Below are positions 28,164 through 37,889 of a stretch of 64,000 bases of DNA, in pieces. The notes under the pieces are model-generated. The model searched no databases and was not told the origin of the DNA. It saw nothing but the letters and a program-made list of their open reading frames with translations. The number at the start of each line of letters is the position of its first letter. Positions within the stretch are counted from its first letter, which is position 1. The translations under genes were made by a program, and so were the position numbers. The DNA is taken from contig JAESTZ010000063.1 of the NCBI GenBank assembly GCA_016763315.1, forward strand, positions 2,539 to 66,538, read 5' to 3'. Source of the stretch: Robiginitomaculum sp. Its GTDB lineage: Bacteria; Pseudomonadota; Alphaproteobacteria; Caulobacterales; Maricaulaceae.

Positions 28164-29351
28164 ATGAGCTGTTCATATCGTTTTGACCCCACACGCCGCG
28201 GCCTGCTTTTGGGTGCTGCTGGTGGATTAGCCTTAGCTGGAACTAATAGCCGGATGGCATTTTCAGCCACACCATCAGAAAAAAAACTGGTTGCAGTAAT
28301 CCTGCACGGTGGCATGGACGGCCTAAATGTTGTCGTTCCCACCTATAGCGATGATTATTATGCCGCCAGAGCGACCATTGCCATTCCGCAAGCCGGAGAG
28401 CCAAATGGTGCTATCGATTTAACAGATGGTTTTGGAATGCACCCTTCAATGCCGGGGTTTGCGCATTTTTATCTTAAAGGGCAAATGGCTATTATGCACG
28501 CCGCTTCGGCTCCTTACGACAAACGATCACATTTTGACGGACAAGATGTTTTAGAAAACGGTACCGACCAGCCATTAGGAGAAAACACCGGCTGGTTAAA
28601 TCGCGCCTTGGGCGTTGCTCCTGCTCTGCCAAGTGCTTTAGGAATTGGCTCAACAGTTACTTTGGTGCTCAAGGGTCAAAACAACATTGCCACTTGGGCC
28701 GAGCCTAAATTAGCCGAAGCCAGCGCAGATACTGTTGCCAAAACTTTGGCTCTTTACGGATCGGATCCGGTTCTGCAAGCTGCTTTGCAAGGTTCAGTGG
28801 ACATTGGAAGCATCATTGGTGATTTAAGTAACTTAGGAACCGGATTTGAATTTGATGCTAGAGCTGCCGGTAAAATTATGTCAGCTGATGGCGGACCTGG
28901 TGCTTGCGCCTTAACTTATGGCGGTTGGGACACCCACGCTAATCAAGGTGGTAGTTCTGGCCAGTTGGCTAATAACTTGGCCAACCTTGATCGAGCCATG
29001 GTTGCTTTACGCGAAGAACTTGGTGACAAATGGAACGATACTGTTGTGGTAATTGCTACTGAATTTGGCCGCACTTTCGCGGAGAACGGCACTGGTGGAA
29101 CGGATCACGGTGTTGGTGGTGTCAGTTTCTTGCTTGGCGGTGCTGTAAAAGGTCGGCGATTTATCGGTGATTGGCCGGGTATTGCACCGAGCCAGCTTAA
29201 TCTGGGTCGAGAACTGTATCCAGCCAATGATCTAAGGGCTATGCTCAAAGGAATGTTCCGTGATCATTGGGGCATATCTAAGTCTGATCTGGATAATATA
29301 GTGTTTCCAAATAGCGCCGCTGTGCCAGCAATGACAAACCTGTTGCGATAA
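28164..29351 (+). CDS. DUF1501 family protein (Tat-exported, sulfatase-like fold)
   Basis: AGGAGG lies 7 nt upstream. Twin-arginine signal TRRGLLLGAAGGLALAG and the C-terminal EFGRT...N..GGTDHG motif are present. Confidence 0.85.
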   Translation: MSCSYRFDPTRRGLLLGAAGGLALAGTNSRMAFSATPSEKKLVAVILHGGMDGLNVVVPTYSDDYYAARATIAIPQAGEPNGAIDLTDGFGMHPSMPGFAHFYLKGQMAIMHAASAPYDKRSHFDGQDVLENGTDQPLGENTGWLNRALGVAPALPSALGIGSTVTLVLKGQNNIATWAEPKLAEASADTVAKTLALYGSDPVLQAALQGSVDIGSIIGDLSNLGTGFEFDARAAGKIMSADGGPGACALTYGGWDTHANQGGSSGQLANNLANLDRAMVALREELGDKWNDTVVVIATEFGRTFAENGTGGTDHGVGGVSFLLGGAVKGRRFIGDWPGIAPSQLNLGRELYPANDLRAMLKGMFRDHWGISKSDLDNIVFPNSAAVPAMTNLLR

Positions 29352-29362
29352 ACGGCTAATAT

Positions 29363-29842
29363 TTATTTGGAACAATCCAGAGTCGGGTTCATGCGGTAAG
29401 TTTGCATGTATTCCTGCATTGAAATATCCAATACTTTCAACAATTCGACATCAAACATCAAAGTTTCATCGGGGCCGATAGGGCCGCCAGGGGTTCCTGT
29501 ACTGCCGTAAGCCAGCTCTGGTGGAATGGTTAATTGCCATTTGTCACCGGGACGCATCATTGCCAATGCTTCAACCCAACCGGCAATCACACCATTGGAA
29601 GGAAATGCTGTTGGCAAATTACGGCTGTAAGAGCTGTCAAATTCTTCGCCCGAGGTAAATGAGCCTCGGTAATGGACGCAAACAATTTGTCCGGGTGTTG
29701 GGCTAATTCCGTCTTCAGGGCCAGATGCCAAGACTTTGTACTGTAAACCACTTTGAACTGTGGTCGATTTATTTTCAGGTGTACCTTGTCCACAACCTAT
29801 TAACAGTACCGTTGCACTAATAGCTAAAACTATTCTTTTCAT
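29363..29842 (-). CDS. FKBP-type peptidyl-prolyl cis-trans isomerase, lipoprotein
   Basis: MKRIVLAISATVLLIGC lipobox and the FKBP core VHYRGSFTSGEEFDSS...GVIAGW...M..G. The start was moved to 29842. Confidence 0.85.
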   Translation of the reverse strand: MKRIVLAISATVLLIGCGQGTPENKSTTVQSGLQYKVLASGPEDGISPTPGQIVCVHYRGSFTSGEEFDSSYSRNLPTAFPSNGVIAGWVEALAMMRPGDKWQLTIPPELAYGSTGTPGGPIGPDETLMFDVELLKVLDISMQEYMQTYRMNPTLDCSK

Positions 29843-29908
29843 CACCAAAACACCTTTATATAGAAAGTTTACCACCTGATTATTTGTTTTCAGACCTACA
29901 GGTATCTT

Positions 29909-30991
29909 TTAGGCAAGTCCACGGTGCAAATCAATACGGCGCATTGCTTTCCCCGGTAATTCTGACAGGCTGCCAAGCGGCATGAGCTCAGCCCATTTTC
30001 GAAACCGGTATTCATAATTCGGAATTAACGAAGCAAACCTGCTGCTACCCACAAAACCGGAACTAACCAGTCGAGAATTGTTGGCCAAAGACGTTTTGAA
30101 ACGATAGTTTCCAGTTCCAAGGTCAATTTCCCGAATATGAGTATCTGCCAAATGTTCGATCATTTTCTCGAACAAAACCAGTCCCGGCGAGTATTTGGCA
30201 AACTCATGGTTATAAGCAATAAACCATGAATGCAGAACGTCCTTCTCGCCAAGGCAATAATTGCAGGCAATCAACTTGTCCTTTGCATAGAGGGCAAATA
30301 AAATCGCGCCAAACTCATCTGTTTTACTTCTTTCAAACAGGTTCTGTACCAAATTTCGCGTCCACTTGCCGGCAAAAACATCTGGAGTATTGGTTTGGGC
30401 GTATTGGTTTCTCTTCCAGTGTAATAATGTATCAAAAACCCTTTGGTCTTTTGAGCCAATTTCTAAGCGTAATTCCCCAATCTCTCTAACTAACTTCCTT
30501 TCGCGCTTTTTGGCGCGATAATTTCTTGCAGAACTCTTTTGTTTTCTTTGTTGTAAATATGCGTTCAGGCCATTTGAGATATCTATGATATGTGAATGTT
30601 GGTCAATCCAAGCATAAGGGGAAAGGCACTTTTGTGTTGCCGGAATAGAAGAAAAGTCAAACCTCTTTACATTTATTTGTTTCATGATTTGCTCAAAATC
30701 CGCACGAAAATCTGATTTTGCAATTACCCCGTGATAATCATTCAGTGCGCCACCAACCGGTAATGCTATGCCGTTTTGCAATTGTTGAAATGGTAAAAAC
30801 CCGGTAATGCGCCCGTTGCCTTGTAATAAAACAGCTATTTTTACGTCATCACGAACTAGAGCTACCTCTTTGATCCAATGATCAGAAAAGTAAGGGCTGG
30901 ATAAACTCTCTTGGCTTTGGCGCAAAGATCGCCACAGAGCGCGCTCGCTAGCTCCTAAATCGCCTGCCTCTATCAGTTCAACGTTACTCAT
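29909..30991 (-). CDS. GNAT-like acetyltransferase of the CelD/BioF2-like (Acetyltransf_6) type
   Basis: 360 aa. The C-terminal region (SWFIAYNHEFAKYSPGLVLF...IDLGTGNYRFK) resembles the CelD/FemAB-like acetyltransferase fold. The call is by resemblance only. Confidence 0.55.
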   Translation of the reverse strand: MSNVELIEAGDLGASERALWRSLRQSQESLSSPYFSDHWIKEVALVRDDVKIAVLLQGNGRITGFLPFQQLQNGIALPVGGALNDYHGVIAKSDFRADFEQIMKQINVKRFDFSSIPATQKCLSPYAWIDQHSHIIDISNGLNAYLQQRKQKSSARNYRAKKRERKLVREIGELRLEIGSKDQRVFDTLLHWKRNQYAQTNTPDVFAGKWTRNLVQNLFERSKTDEFGAILFALYAKDKLIACNYCLGEKDVLHSWFIAYNHEFAKYSPGLVLFEKMIEHLADTHIREIDLGTGNYRFKTSLANNSRLVSSGFVGSSRFASLIPNYEYRFRKWAELMPLGSLSELPGKAMRRIDLHRGLA

Positions 30992-31102
30992 TGATCACTC
31001 ACCAATCATTATAGGTAAGAGTATGAGCAAATTATTTTAATAAACCGGCGGCGATATTGATAAAATTTGAATTATACTACATCAGCCCAAAAAGAACTTT
31101 TG

Positions 31103-31570
31103 TTATAACCAGCGACGAACTTTTTGCATGAATTCAAGATATTCATCACCGAACTCTCTGGATAAATATGCTTCTTCTTGGGCAATTACATAGCGATTCA
31201 TTATAAAAATTAGAGGCGCTAGCAAAACAATAACCAAGCCAGAGCCAAGTAAAACACCAATTCCTGTATAAATCAGAGCCATGCCGGCATACATAGGGTT
31301 GCGAGAAAACTTATATGGGCCACCGACTAGCAATTTGCTATCTGAAGTCCACGGTAACATTGAAGTTTTTGCAGCGAGAAACGGTAGCATTGACCAAAAC
31401 CCCAACAAAAATCCAAGTACCGCTAAAATTAATCCGAAAATATCGGTTATTATAACTTGCTCAAAAGTAAGAATACCAAAACGGCTTCCAATAAACCAAC
31501 CGGCCAAACCACTAAGAAAAAACATCAATGGCGGCGGAAAACGAACACCGGGGTTATCTTGTTTTTCCAT
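31103..31570 (-). CDS. Isoprenylcysteine carboxyl / phospholipid methyltransferase family membrane protein
   Basis: About four TM helices and the motif GPYKFSRNPMYAGMAL...EE..L...FG..Y..Y typical of the ICMT/PEMT family. Confidence 0.75.
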   Translation of the reverse strand: MEKQDNPGVRFPPPLMFFLSGLAGWFIGSRFGILTFEQVIITDIFGLILAVLGFLLGFWSMLPFLAAKTSMLPWTSDSKLLVGGPYKFSRNPMYAGMALIYTGIGVLLGSGLVIVLLAPLIFIMNRYVIAQEEAYLSREFGDEYLEFMQKVRRWL

Positions 31571-33411
31571 TATACAGTTAAACCTTTTGAAACGTCACAG
31601 GCATCATGTTCGGCAACAAAGTGTTCAGGCTCGACCTCTACCAGTTGTGGTCGATACTGCACCTCATCTGCCCCACCCTTGATCTTTGAGGCCATAAACT
31701 GCAACCCAGCCCTTGTATCCATTGGCGAGGGTAGCTCGCCTACCAGATCCACACCTTTGCGATGGCGTTCAGTTTTGGGGTCTGGAATAGGTACTGCCGA
31801 TATCAGAGCCTTGGTGTATGGGTGGCGGGTATCATCATAAATTGTATCACGATCGGCCAGTTCGACAATTCTGCCCATATAAAGCACCATTACCCTATGA
31901 GATATTTCGCGCACGACCGCCAGATCATGACTGATAAAGATCATCGACATTCGAGTTTCTTTTTGCAAAGAATATAATAATTTAATGACTTGTGCCTGTA
32001 CTGAAACATCCAAGGCTGAAACCGCCTCATCACAAATCACCAGCTTTGGATTACCGATCATTGCCCGGGCAATACCGACACGCTGGTTCTGTCCGCCGGA
32101 AAGTTCGTGCGGGTAACGATTGATCATTGACGGTAACAAGTCCACCTTTTGCAACATTTCCCGAACTTTTTTTCGCCGACCCTCTTTGTCCATTTCCGGA
32201 GCAAAGGTCTGCAATGGTTCTGCAATTGACTGGCCGATGGTCATTCTTGGGTCTAATGATGCCAAAGGATCTTGAAAGACTATTTGCAAATCTTTTCGTT
32301 TTTTACGCATTAGTTTTTTGTCTAGATCAAGTAAATTACTACCTATCCAGCTAACCTGTCCGGTTTTTACCGGCACAAGGCGTAATATTGCTCTGGCCAA
32401 CGTGGATTTGCCGCAACCGGATTCGCCAACAACCCCCAAGGTCTCGCCGTCTTTTAAAGAAAAACTAATACCGTCAACCGCCCGTAAGGGTTTTGTTTTC
32501 GGAAAAACGCCACCGGATACCCTTACCGGAAAATGCACCTCGACATCTTTAACCTCAAGCACGGTTTCATCATTGGGTTGTTGCTGTTTGCTTGTGCCTA
32601 ATATTTGACCAGGTTTGTCAAGGCGCGGCATCGCCGAGAGTAACATTTTAGTATAATCATGGCTGGGATTATAAAAAACATTGTCGGCAGTATCAGCTTC
32701 GACATAAACACCTTGTTCCATGACATAAATATTGTCACACATTCTGGCCACCACTCCCATATCATGAGTAATCAGAGCAATGGCCGCATTGGTTTCGTTT
32801 TTTAACTCGTTCATCAGATCAAGCACTTGCGCTTGAACCGTTACATCAAGCGCGGTGGTTGGTTCATCAGCAATAAGTAATTGTGGATCACACAACATTG
32901 CCATAGCGATCATAACTCTCTGGCGCATACCGCCGGATAGTTCGTGTGGGTATTGCTTCATTCGGCGTGCTGCTTCTGGCAAGCGAACCCGCTCCAACCA
33001 GTCAATACAGTGCTTTGCAGCAGTTTCTCCGTGAATGTTTTTGTGTACAGCCAAAACTTCTTTTAATTGTTGGCCAATGCGTTTGTGCGGTGTCAACGAG
33101 GTCAGCGGATCTTGAAAAATCATCGTCATTTGCGCGCCGCGCACCTGATTTAACTGTTTTCGCGGTAGTCCAAGAATTTCTTGACCTTTAAACTTGATAG
33201 AGCCACTTGCCCGACCGTTTCCAGCCAGCAAACCCATGGCGGCCAAAAAGCTTTGGCTTTTTCCGGAGCCGCTTTCGCCAACAATGCCAACGCATTGCCC
33301 GGGTTGTATTTCTAATGACACCCCGCGAACCGCATTTACTTCGCCGTCCGGAGTTTCAAAATCCACGTGTAAATCCTGTAATTCAAAAACAGGATTATTA
33401 GATTTTTTCAT
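31570..33411 (-). CDS. Fused double-ATPase ABC protein of the oligopeptide/YejF type
   Basis: Two full cassettes (GESGSGKS ... LSGGMRQR ... ADEPTTALD, and GESGCGKST ... LSGGQNQR ... CDEAVSALD). The ATG at 33411 follows AAAGGTG. Confidence 0.88.
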   Translation of the reverse strand: MKKSNNPVFELQDLHVDFETPDGEVNAVRGVSLEIQPGQCVGIVGESGSGKSQSFLAAMGLLAGNGRASGSIKFKGQEILGLPRKQLNQVRGAQMTMIFQDPLTSLTPHKRIGQQLKEVLAVHKNIHGETAAKHCIDWLERVRLPEAARRMKQYPHELSGGMRQRVMIAMAMLCDPQLLIADEPTTALDVTVQAQVLDLMNELKNETNAAIALITHDMGVVARMCDNIYVMEQGVYVEADTADNVFYNPSHDYTKMLLSAMPRLDKPGQILGTSKQQQPNDETVLEVKDVEVHFPVRVSGGVFPKTKPLRAVDGISFSLKDGETLGVVGESGCGKSTLARAILRLVPVKTGQVSWIGSNLLDLDKKLMRKKRKDLQIVFQDPLASLDPRMTIGQSIAEPLQTFAPEMDKEGRRKKVREMLQKVDLLPSMINRYPHELSGGQNQRVGIARAMIGNPKLVICDEAVSALDVSVQAQVIKLLYSLQKETRMSMIFISHDLAVVREISHRVMVLYMGRIVELADRDTIYDDTRHPYTKALISAVPIPDPKTERHRKGVDLVGELPSPMDTRAGLQFMASKIKGGADEVQYRPQLVEVEPEHFVAEHDACDVSKGLTV

Positions 33412-33507
33412 CAGTACAAGCACCTTTTATTGGTTAAAGTAGGCGTCATATTACCCAAGCCATGCCGCTTGGCCAGTGTAACAGCTGTATAAACAATAAA
33501 CCCTGAA

Positions 33508-34908
33508 TTAGTCTTTTAATTTTAAGGTTTTTCGTTTTTCGGCATCTTCTCTGGTCATGGCGAACACCACACCGGACAAGCCAAGCAGGGCGATCAGGTT
33601 CGGTCCGGCCATCATGCCATTACCGATCGAAGCCAATGTCCACGCCAAGTCGTTGGTGTACACCGCGCCTAGATAGACCACAATTACCCAAAAAACCCGG
33701 TAATATGGGATCACCTTGATCCCCATCATGAACTCCATGGCTCTTTCGCCATAAAGCGCCCAACCAAGAATAGTGGTAAAGGCAAACACCGCCAAACCAA
33801 TGGTGACAATCCATTGTCCACCAGGAATGCTTTCCTCAAACGCCCTGCTGGTAATACCGGCAGCCGAAGCAATACCTGATTGCCAAACCGGCAGTTCAAC
33901 GCCACTGGCAGCCAAAATTGCCGGAGCGGTTAAAATTACCAAAGCGGTCAAAGTACAAACAATTAAGGTATCAATGAAAGTACCGAGCATAGCGATCGAG
34001 CCTTGTCGCACCGGATCATTGGTTCTGGCCGAAGCGTGGGCGATTGCCGCCGAACCCAAACCAGCCTCGTTTGAAAATGATCCACGGTTTGCCCCTTGTG
34101 CCATTGCCGCCATTACCGATGCGCCTAGAAAGCCACCTGCGGCAGCGGTTGGAGAAACTACGCCTGAAAAAATTTGCCCGAATGCGCCGGGAACAAATTC
34201 TAAATTCATTGCCAAAACAATTATTGCTCCACCAATATAAAACAAAGCCATAATTGGCACTAAAAAACTGGCAACACGGGCAATAGACTTAACCCCGCCC
34301 ATAATTACAAACGCCACTAAAACCGCCATGGTCAGGCCAGAAATCCAAAGTGGTATATCTAGGTTTTGCTTGAAAAGAGCGGCCACACCATTGGCTTGTA
34401 CTAAATTACCGGTTCCCGGCGCGGCAATCGCTGTACAAATAGCAAACAACCACGCCAGCCAAATCCAGTTTTTGCCCATGCCGTTTTTGATATAATACAT
34501 CGGCCCGCCAACGTGCTGACCTTTTTCGTCGGTTTCGCGAAATCTTACCGCCAATAATGCTTCGGAATATTTGGTAGCCATACCCAAAACGGCGGTCATC
34601 CACATCCAGAATACTGCGCCCGGGCCACCAAGCATAATAGCGGTGGCAACACCGGCAATATTGCCGGTGCCAATGGTTGCCGACAGTGCGGTAAACAAAG
34701 CTGCTACCGGAGAGATTTCACCTGAGTCTTTATCTGCGTTTTCCTTATTTTTGCCAAACAACAAACCAATCGCATACGGCAGGCGACGAATGGACATGAA
34801 GCGCATACCAATAGTTAGGTACAAACCTGTGCCAAATAACAAGGCCACCAGAGGCACCCCCCAGATCATATTATCAACTTTACCTAATAGATCGACAATG
34901 GCTTCCAT
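33508..34908 (-). CDS. Sodium:alanine (amino-acid:cation) symporter family protein
   Basis: The AGCS-type sequence has many TM helices (GTGNIAGVATAI, GPGA.FWMW). GGGGAG precedes the ATG at 34908; the 30-codon upstream extension looks non-coding. Confidence 0.88.
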   Translation of the reverse strand: MEAIVDLLGKVDNMIWGVPLVALLFGTGLYLTIGMRFMSIRRLPYAIGLLFGKNKENADKDSGEISPVAALFTALSATIGTGNIAGVATAIMLGGPGAVFWMWMTAVLGMATKYSEALLAVRFRETDEKGQHVGGPMYYIKNGMGKNWIWLAWLFAICTAIAAPGTGNLVQANGVAALFKQNLDIPLWISGLTMAVLVAFVIMGGVKSIARVASFLVPIMALFYIGGAIIVLAMNLEFVPGAFGQIFSGVVSPTAAAGGFLGASVMAAMAQGANRGSFSNEAGLGSAAIAHASARTNDPVRQGSIAMLGTFIDTLIVCTLTALVILTAPAILAASGVELPVWQSGIASAAGITSRAFEESIPGGQWIVTIGLAVFAFTTILGWALYGERAMEFMMGIKVIPYYRVFWVIVVYLGAVYTNDLAWTLASIGNGMMAGPNLIALLGLSGVVFAMTREDAEKRKTLKLKD

Positions 34909-35039
34909 GCCCAAATTCTCCCCAAATTCCTGTTCGTATTTTCCGTTGTTGCGAATTAACCACTTGCGATCAGTACTTGCAAGTGAACTTATAGCCATTA
35001 CTGTGCGGCCAACTAAAATTTAGCTGTTTTGAGGCAAAA

Positions 35040-36407
35040 ATGAACACTATTATCGAGCCATTTCGTATAAAAACCGTCGAACCCATTCGCATGACCACGG
35101 TGGCAGAGCGTGAAACCATCTTGCACAAAGCCGACTATAATCTTTTTTCTATTGCCAGCCGTGATGTGCTGATTGACCTGCTAACCGATAGCGGCACCGG
35201 TGCGATGAGCACCAAGCAATGGGCGGCGATCATGCAAGGTGATGAAAGTTATGCCGGATCGCCCAGTTTTGATCGGTTTGAAAGCACGATTCAAAACCTG
35301 TTTCCATTTCAACATATTATTCCCACCCATCAGGGGCGCGCCGCAGAAGCCATTTTGTTCTCAATATTAGCCGGCAATGGCAAAGTGATCCCGTCGAATA
35401 CCCACTTTGATACCACCAGAGGCAATATCGAAGCCACCGGCGCTGAAGCCCACGATCTGGTGATTGAGGAAGGTAAAGACCCACAAAACCTGCACCCGTT
35501 CAAAGGCAATATGGATATTGCAAAACTTGATAGTTTTTTAAGTGAGCATGGAAAAAATGTGCCGTGTGTTATGTTAACTGTCACCAATAATGCTGGCGGC
35601 GGGCAGCCGGTTTCATTAGAAAACATTCGTGCTACTCGTGAGATGGCTAAAAAGTACGGGCTACCGTTTATAATTGATGCCTGCCGGTTTGCCGAAAACG
35701 CCTGGTTCATCAAATTGCGCGAAAAGGGCCAACAAACCCGCTCAATAACTGAAATTGTCCGCGATATGTTCGAAGGTGCCGACGGCATGACTATGTCGGC
35801 CAAAAAGGACGCCTTTGCCAATATTGGCGGCTGGTTGGCGCTGAACGATGATGAACTAGCTGAAAAAGCACGCACCAGACTGATATTGACCGAAGGCTTT
35901 CCCACCTATGGCGGTTTGGCGGGTCGTGACCTTGAGGCCATTGCCCAAGGTCTAGAAGAAATCATTGACGAAGATTATTTGCGTTATCGGGTAGCGGTAA
36001 ATCAATATATTGGTGATCGTTTACATAAAATGGGTGTTCCGGTGGTAAGGCCGGTTGGCGGCCATGCGGTGTTTATTGATGCACGAGCTTTTCTGCCGCA
36101 TATTGATCCATTGCAATACCCCGGACAGGCCTTGTCGTGCGAAATGTACCGCTTGGCCGGGGTTAGAGCTTGTGAGATCGGCACGGTAATGTTTGGTCGT
36201 AAACCAGATGGCTCAGAAGAGCCGGCGGCCATGGATCTGGTACGTTTGGCGATACCAAGGCGCACATATACCCAAAGCCATGCCGATTATATGTTGGAGC
36301 GCATAGAGCAAATTGTTGGTGAAAAAGACAAATTACGCGGCATGCGAATTAAGTGGGAACCACCGGCCATGCGTCACTTCACTGCAAAATTTGAGGTGTT
36401 AACCTAG
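35040..36407 (+). CDS. tnaA: Tryptophanase / beta-eliminating lyase (TnaA-like; tyrosine phenol-lyase not excluded)
   Basis: EPFRIKTVEP, DLLTDSGTGAMS, IPTHQGRAAE, RFAENAWFIK, the PLP lysine block MSAKKDA, and the C-terminus RHFTAKFE closely parallel E. coli TnaA as I recall it. Confidence 0.8.
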   Translation: MNTIIEPFRIKTVEPIRMTTVAERETILHKADYNLFSIASRDVLIDLLTDSGTGAMSTKQWAAIMQGDESYAGSPSFDRFESTIQNLFPFQHIIPTHQGRAAEAILFSILAGNGKVIPSNTHFDTTRGNIEATGAEAHDLVIEEGKDPQNLHPFKGNMDIAKLDSFLSEHGKNVPCVMLTVTNNAGGGQPVSLENIRATREMAKKYGLPFIIDACRFAENAWFIKLREKGQQTRSITEIVRDMFEGADGMTMSAKKDAFANIGGWLALNDDELAEKARTRLILTEGFPTYGGLAGRDLEAIAQGLEEIIDEDYLRYRVAVNQYIGDRLHKMGVPVVRPVGGHAVFIDARAFLPHIDPLQYPGQALSCEMYRLAGVRACEIGTVMFGRKPDGSEEPAAMDLVRLAIPRRTYTQSHADYMLERIEQIVGEKDKLRGMRIKWEPPAMRHFTAKFEVLT

Positions 36408-36456
36408 GCTCGGATTGCTTTGTTTGGGTTGGCTTGCAAGCAATTCTCGCAAGCTG

Positions 36457-37200
36457 TCAATTTCTTGTTGATATTGTCGCCCCTTCGTTCGCTTTGGTTA
36501 ATAATTTTGCCAGATGTGGCTTTAAGCTATTAGCCGCTAATTGCTCGGGTAATTGGTAAATAGCCAAAAAAATGGCTGTGGCAAAAATCATGTCGGCCTC
36601 CGGCAAATAACCGGTAGATTGCGATCGCCAGCCTTGGGAAGAATTGCTTTGTGTTTGCGAAAAGTCAAATTTCTGATTTGCCAATAAAACCCCGAATCCA
36701 AGGAAAATCGCGGTTAAATCCGTGAACAGTTCATAAAGCTCATCTTCGACAGGGATCTTTTCGGTGGCGCGATTGTGTAACAAATGGCTTAGTTCATGAG
36801 CAAATGTTCCGGCTAATAATTCCGGGGTAGCAATTAAGTCTTGGTCGTACGTTATGGTTTCCTTATAGCTGCCATCTGTTAATTGTTCACAAATATACCG
36901 TCCCATTGCTCCATGGTTTTCGGTTTGAACAACCAGCAGATCATCTACTTGCCAAGGCTTATTTTCAATGGTTGGTACCAATTCTATTTCAATATCTTGC
37001 AGCCCTATATGAGACATAACCTCAAAAAAAATGGTTTTTACAATTTGTTTTTCTGGCTCCTCTGTCGGTTTATTTGAAGAGTACAGGGCATCAGATCCTG
37101 ATAAATGCCCGGAGCCGTACTGACGTATCAGCCATTCAAAGTTTTCAAACTGCCATTCAGCAACATGATGGTCTACTATGCGAGTTGAAAACCAGCCCAT
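36457..37200 (-). CDS. Hypothetical protein with an HExxH motif
   Basis: 247-aa ORF with a single AHELSHLLH motif followed by a hydrophobic segment. I recognise no family. Confidence 0.5.
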   Translation of the reverse strand: MGWFSTRIVDHHVAEWQFENFEWLIRQYGSGHLSGSDALYSSNKPTEEPEKQIVKTIFFEVMSHIGLQDIEIELVPTIENKPWQVDDLLVVQTENHGAMGRYICEQLTDGSYKETITYDQDLIATPELLAGTFAHELSHLLHNRATEKIPVEDELYELFTDLTAIFLGFGVLLANQKFDFSQTQSNSSQGWRSQSTGYLPEADMIFATAIFLAIYQLPEQLAANSLKPHLAKLLTKANEGATISTRN

Positions 37201-37298
37201 TATAATCCCCTATGCTAGCTTGATTATAATACCATTTGCCGTGTTTTTCAAAACACTCATGGTCAATAAACAATCTGTGCAAGCTTATAACAGTAAAT

Positions 37299-37832
37299 TT
37301 AAAGGATTAACGGGCTTATCAGTTGTTGCCCGAGCCGGCTTGTCTGATACAGGCAGGCTGGCGGATGTTGAGTAATATCAACTTTACGCAATAACAGCTT
37401 TCTTTTGGTAAGGCCGGATAATGATTGTGACAAAGCCCGATCAGTGATCGGCTTTAAGGTGGCTCGAATTTGCGCAAACCTAACCTGTTGTTGGCTCAAC
37501 AATAAAATCGGCAAAGACCAACGAGCATAAAGACCTCTTACAAGATCATCATTGTTTTGCATATTCTGCCAAAGCAATAAAGCTTTTGCGGCTAAGTTTT
37601 TGCCGCTTGAAGTTAGCAAATATTCGGGACGCAATGGGTGACCGTGACCAGAATTGGCCATTATCAAACCCAGTGATTGCAATAAATCCATCGCCTGCTT
37701 TACCGCCAGCCTGCTACACGACAGGCTTTGTGATAACGGGTAAATACGCGCCGTATGACCGGCAGCCAACAAGCCTAAAACCGGTAGCGCCCAACGTCGT
37801 TTACACAGGGGTAATATTTCTTTTATTGCCAT
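37299..37832 (-). CDS. Winged-helix protein with two HxlR-like repeats
   Basis: Two segments resemble the HxlR pattern: RWALPVLGLL...RLAVKQAMDLLQSLGLI, and RWSLPILLLS...VRFAQIRATL..ITDRALSQSLSGLTKRKLL. It is divergent from a VOC gene. Confidence 0.5.
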   Translation of the reverse strand: MAIKEILPLCKRRWALPVLGLLAAGHTARIYPLSQSLSCSRLAVKQAMDLLQSLGLIMANSGHGHPLRPEYLLTSSGKNLAAKALLLWQNMQNNDDLVRGLYARWSLPILLLSQQQVRFAQIRATLKPITDRALSQSLSGLTKRKLLLRKVDITQHPPACLYQTSRLGQQLISPLIL

Positions 37833-37889
37833 ATTTATATATTTACTCTATTTATCGTCACACGCAAGAAAAAACAAAGGAAAAGCAAA

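Noticed and set aside
34909-35039. Glycine riboswitch or tnaC-type leader peptide in the shared leader between the symporter and tnaA
   Set aside because: The conserved glycine-riboswitch cores are not present on the minus strand. The 41 nt upstream of tnaA contain no ATG, so a tnaC-like leader ORF is impossible.
36420-36450. GCTTGCAAGC palindrome after tnaA as a terminator
   Set aside because: It is a loop-less 10-bp palindrome with no following T-run on either strand, so it is not convincing as an intrinsic terminator.
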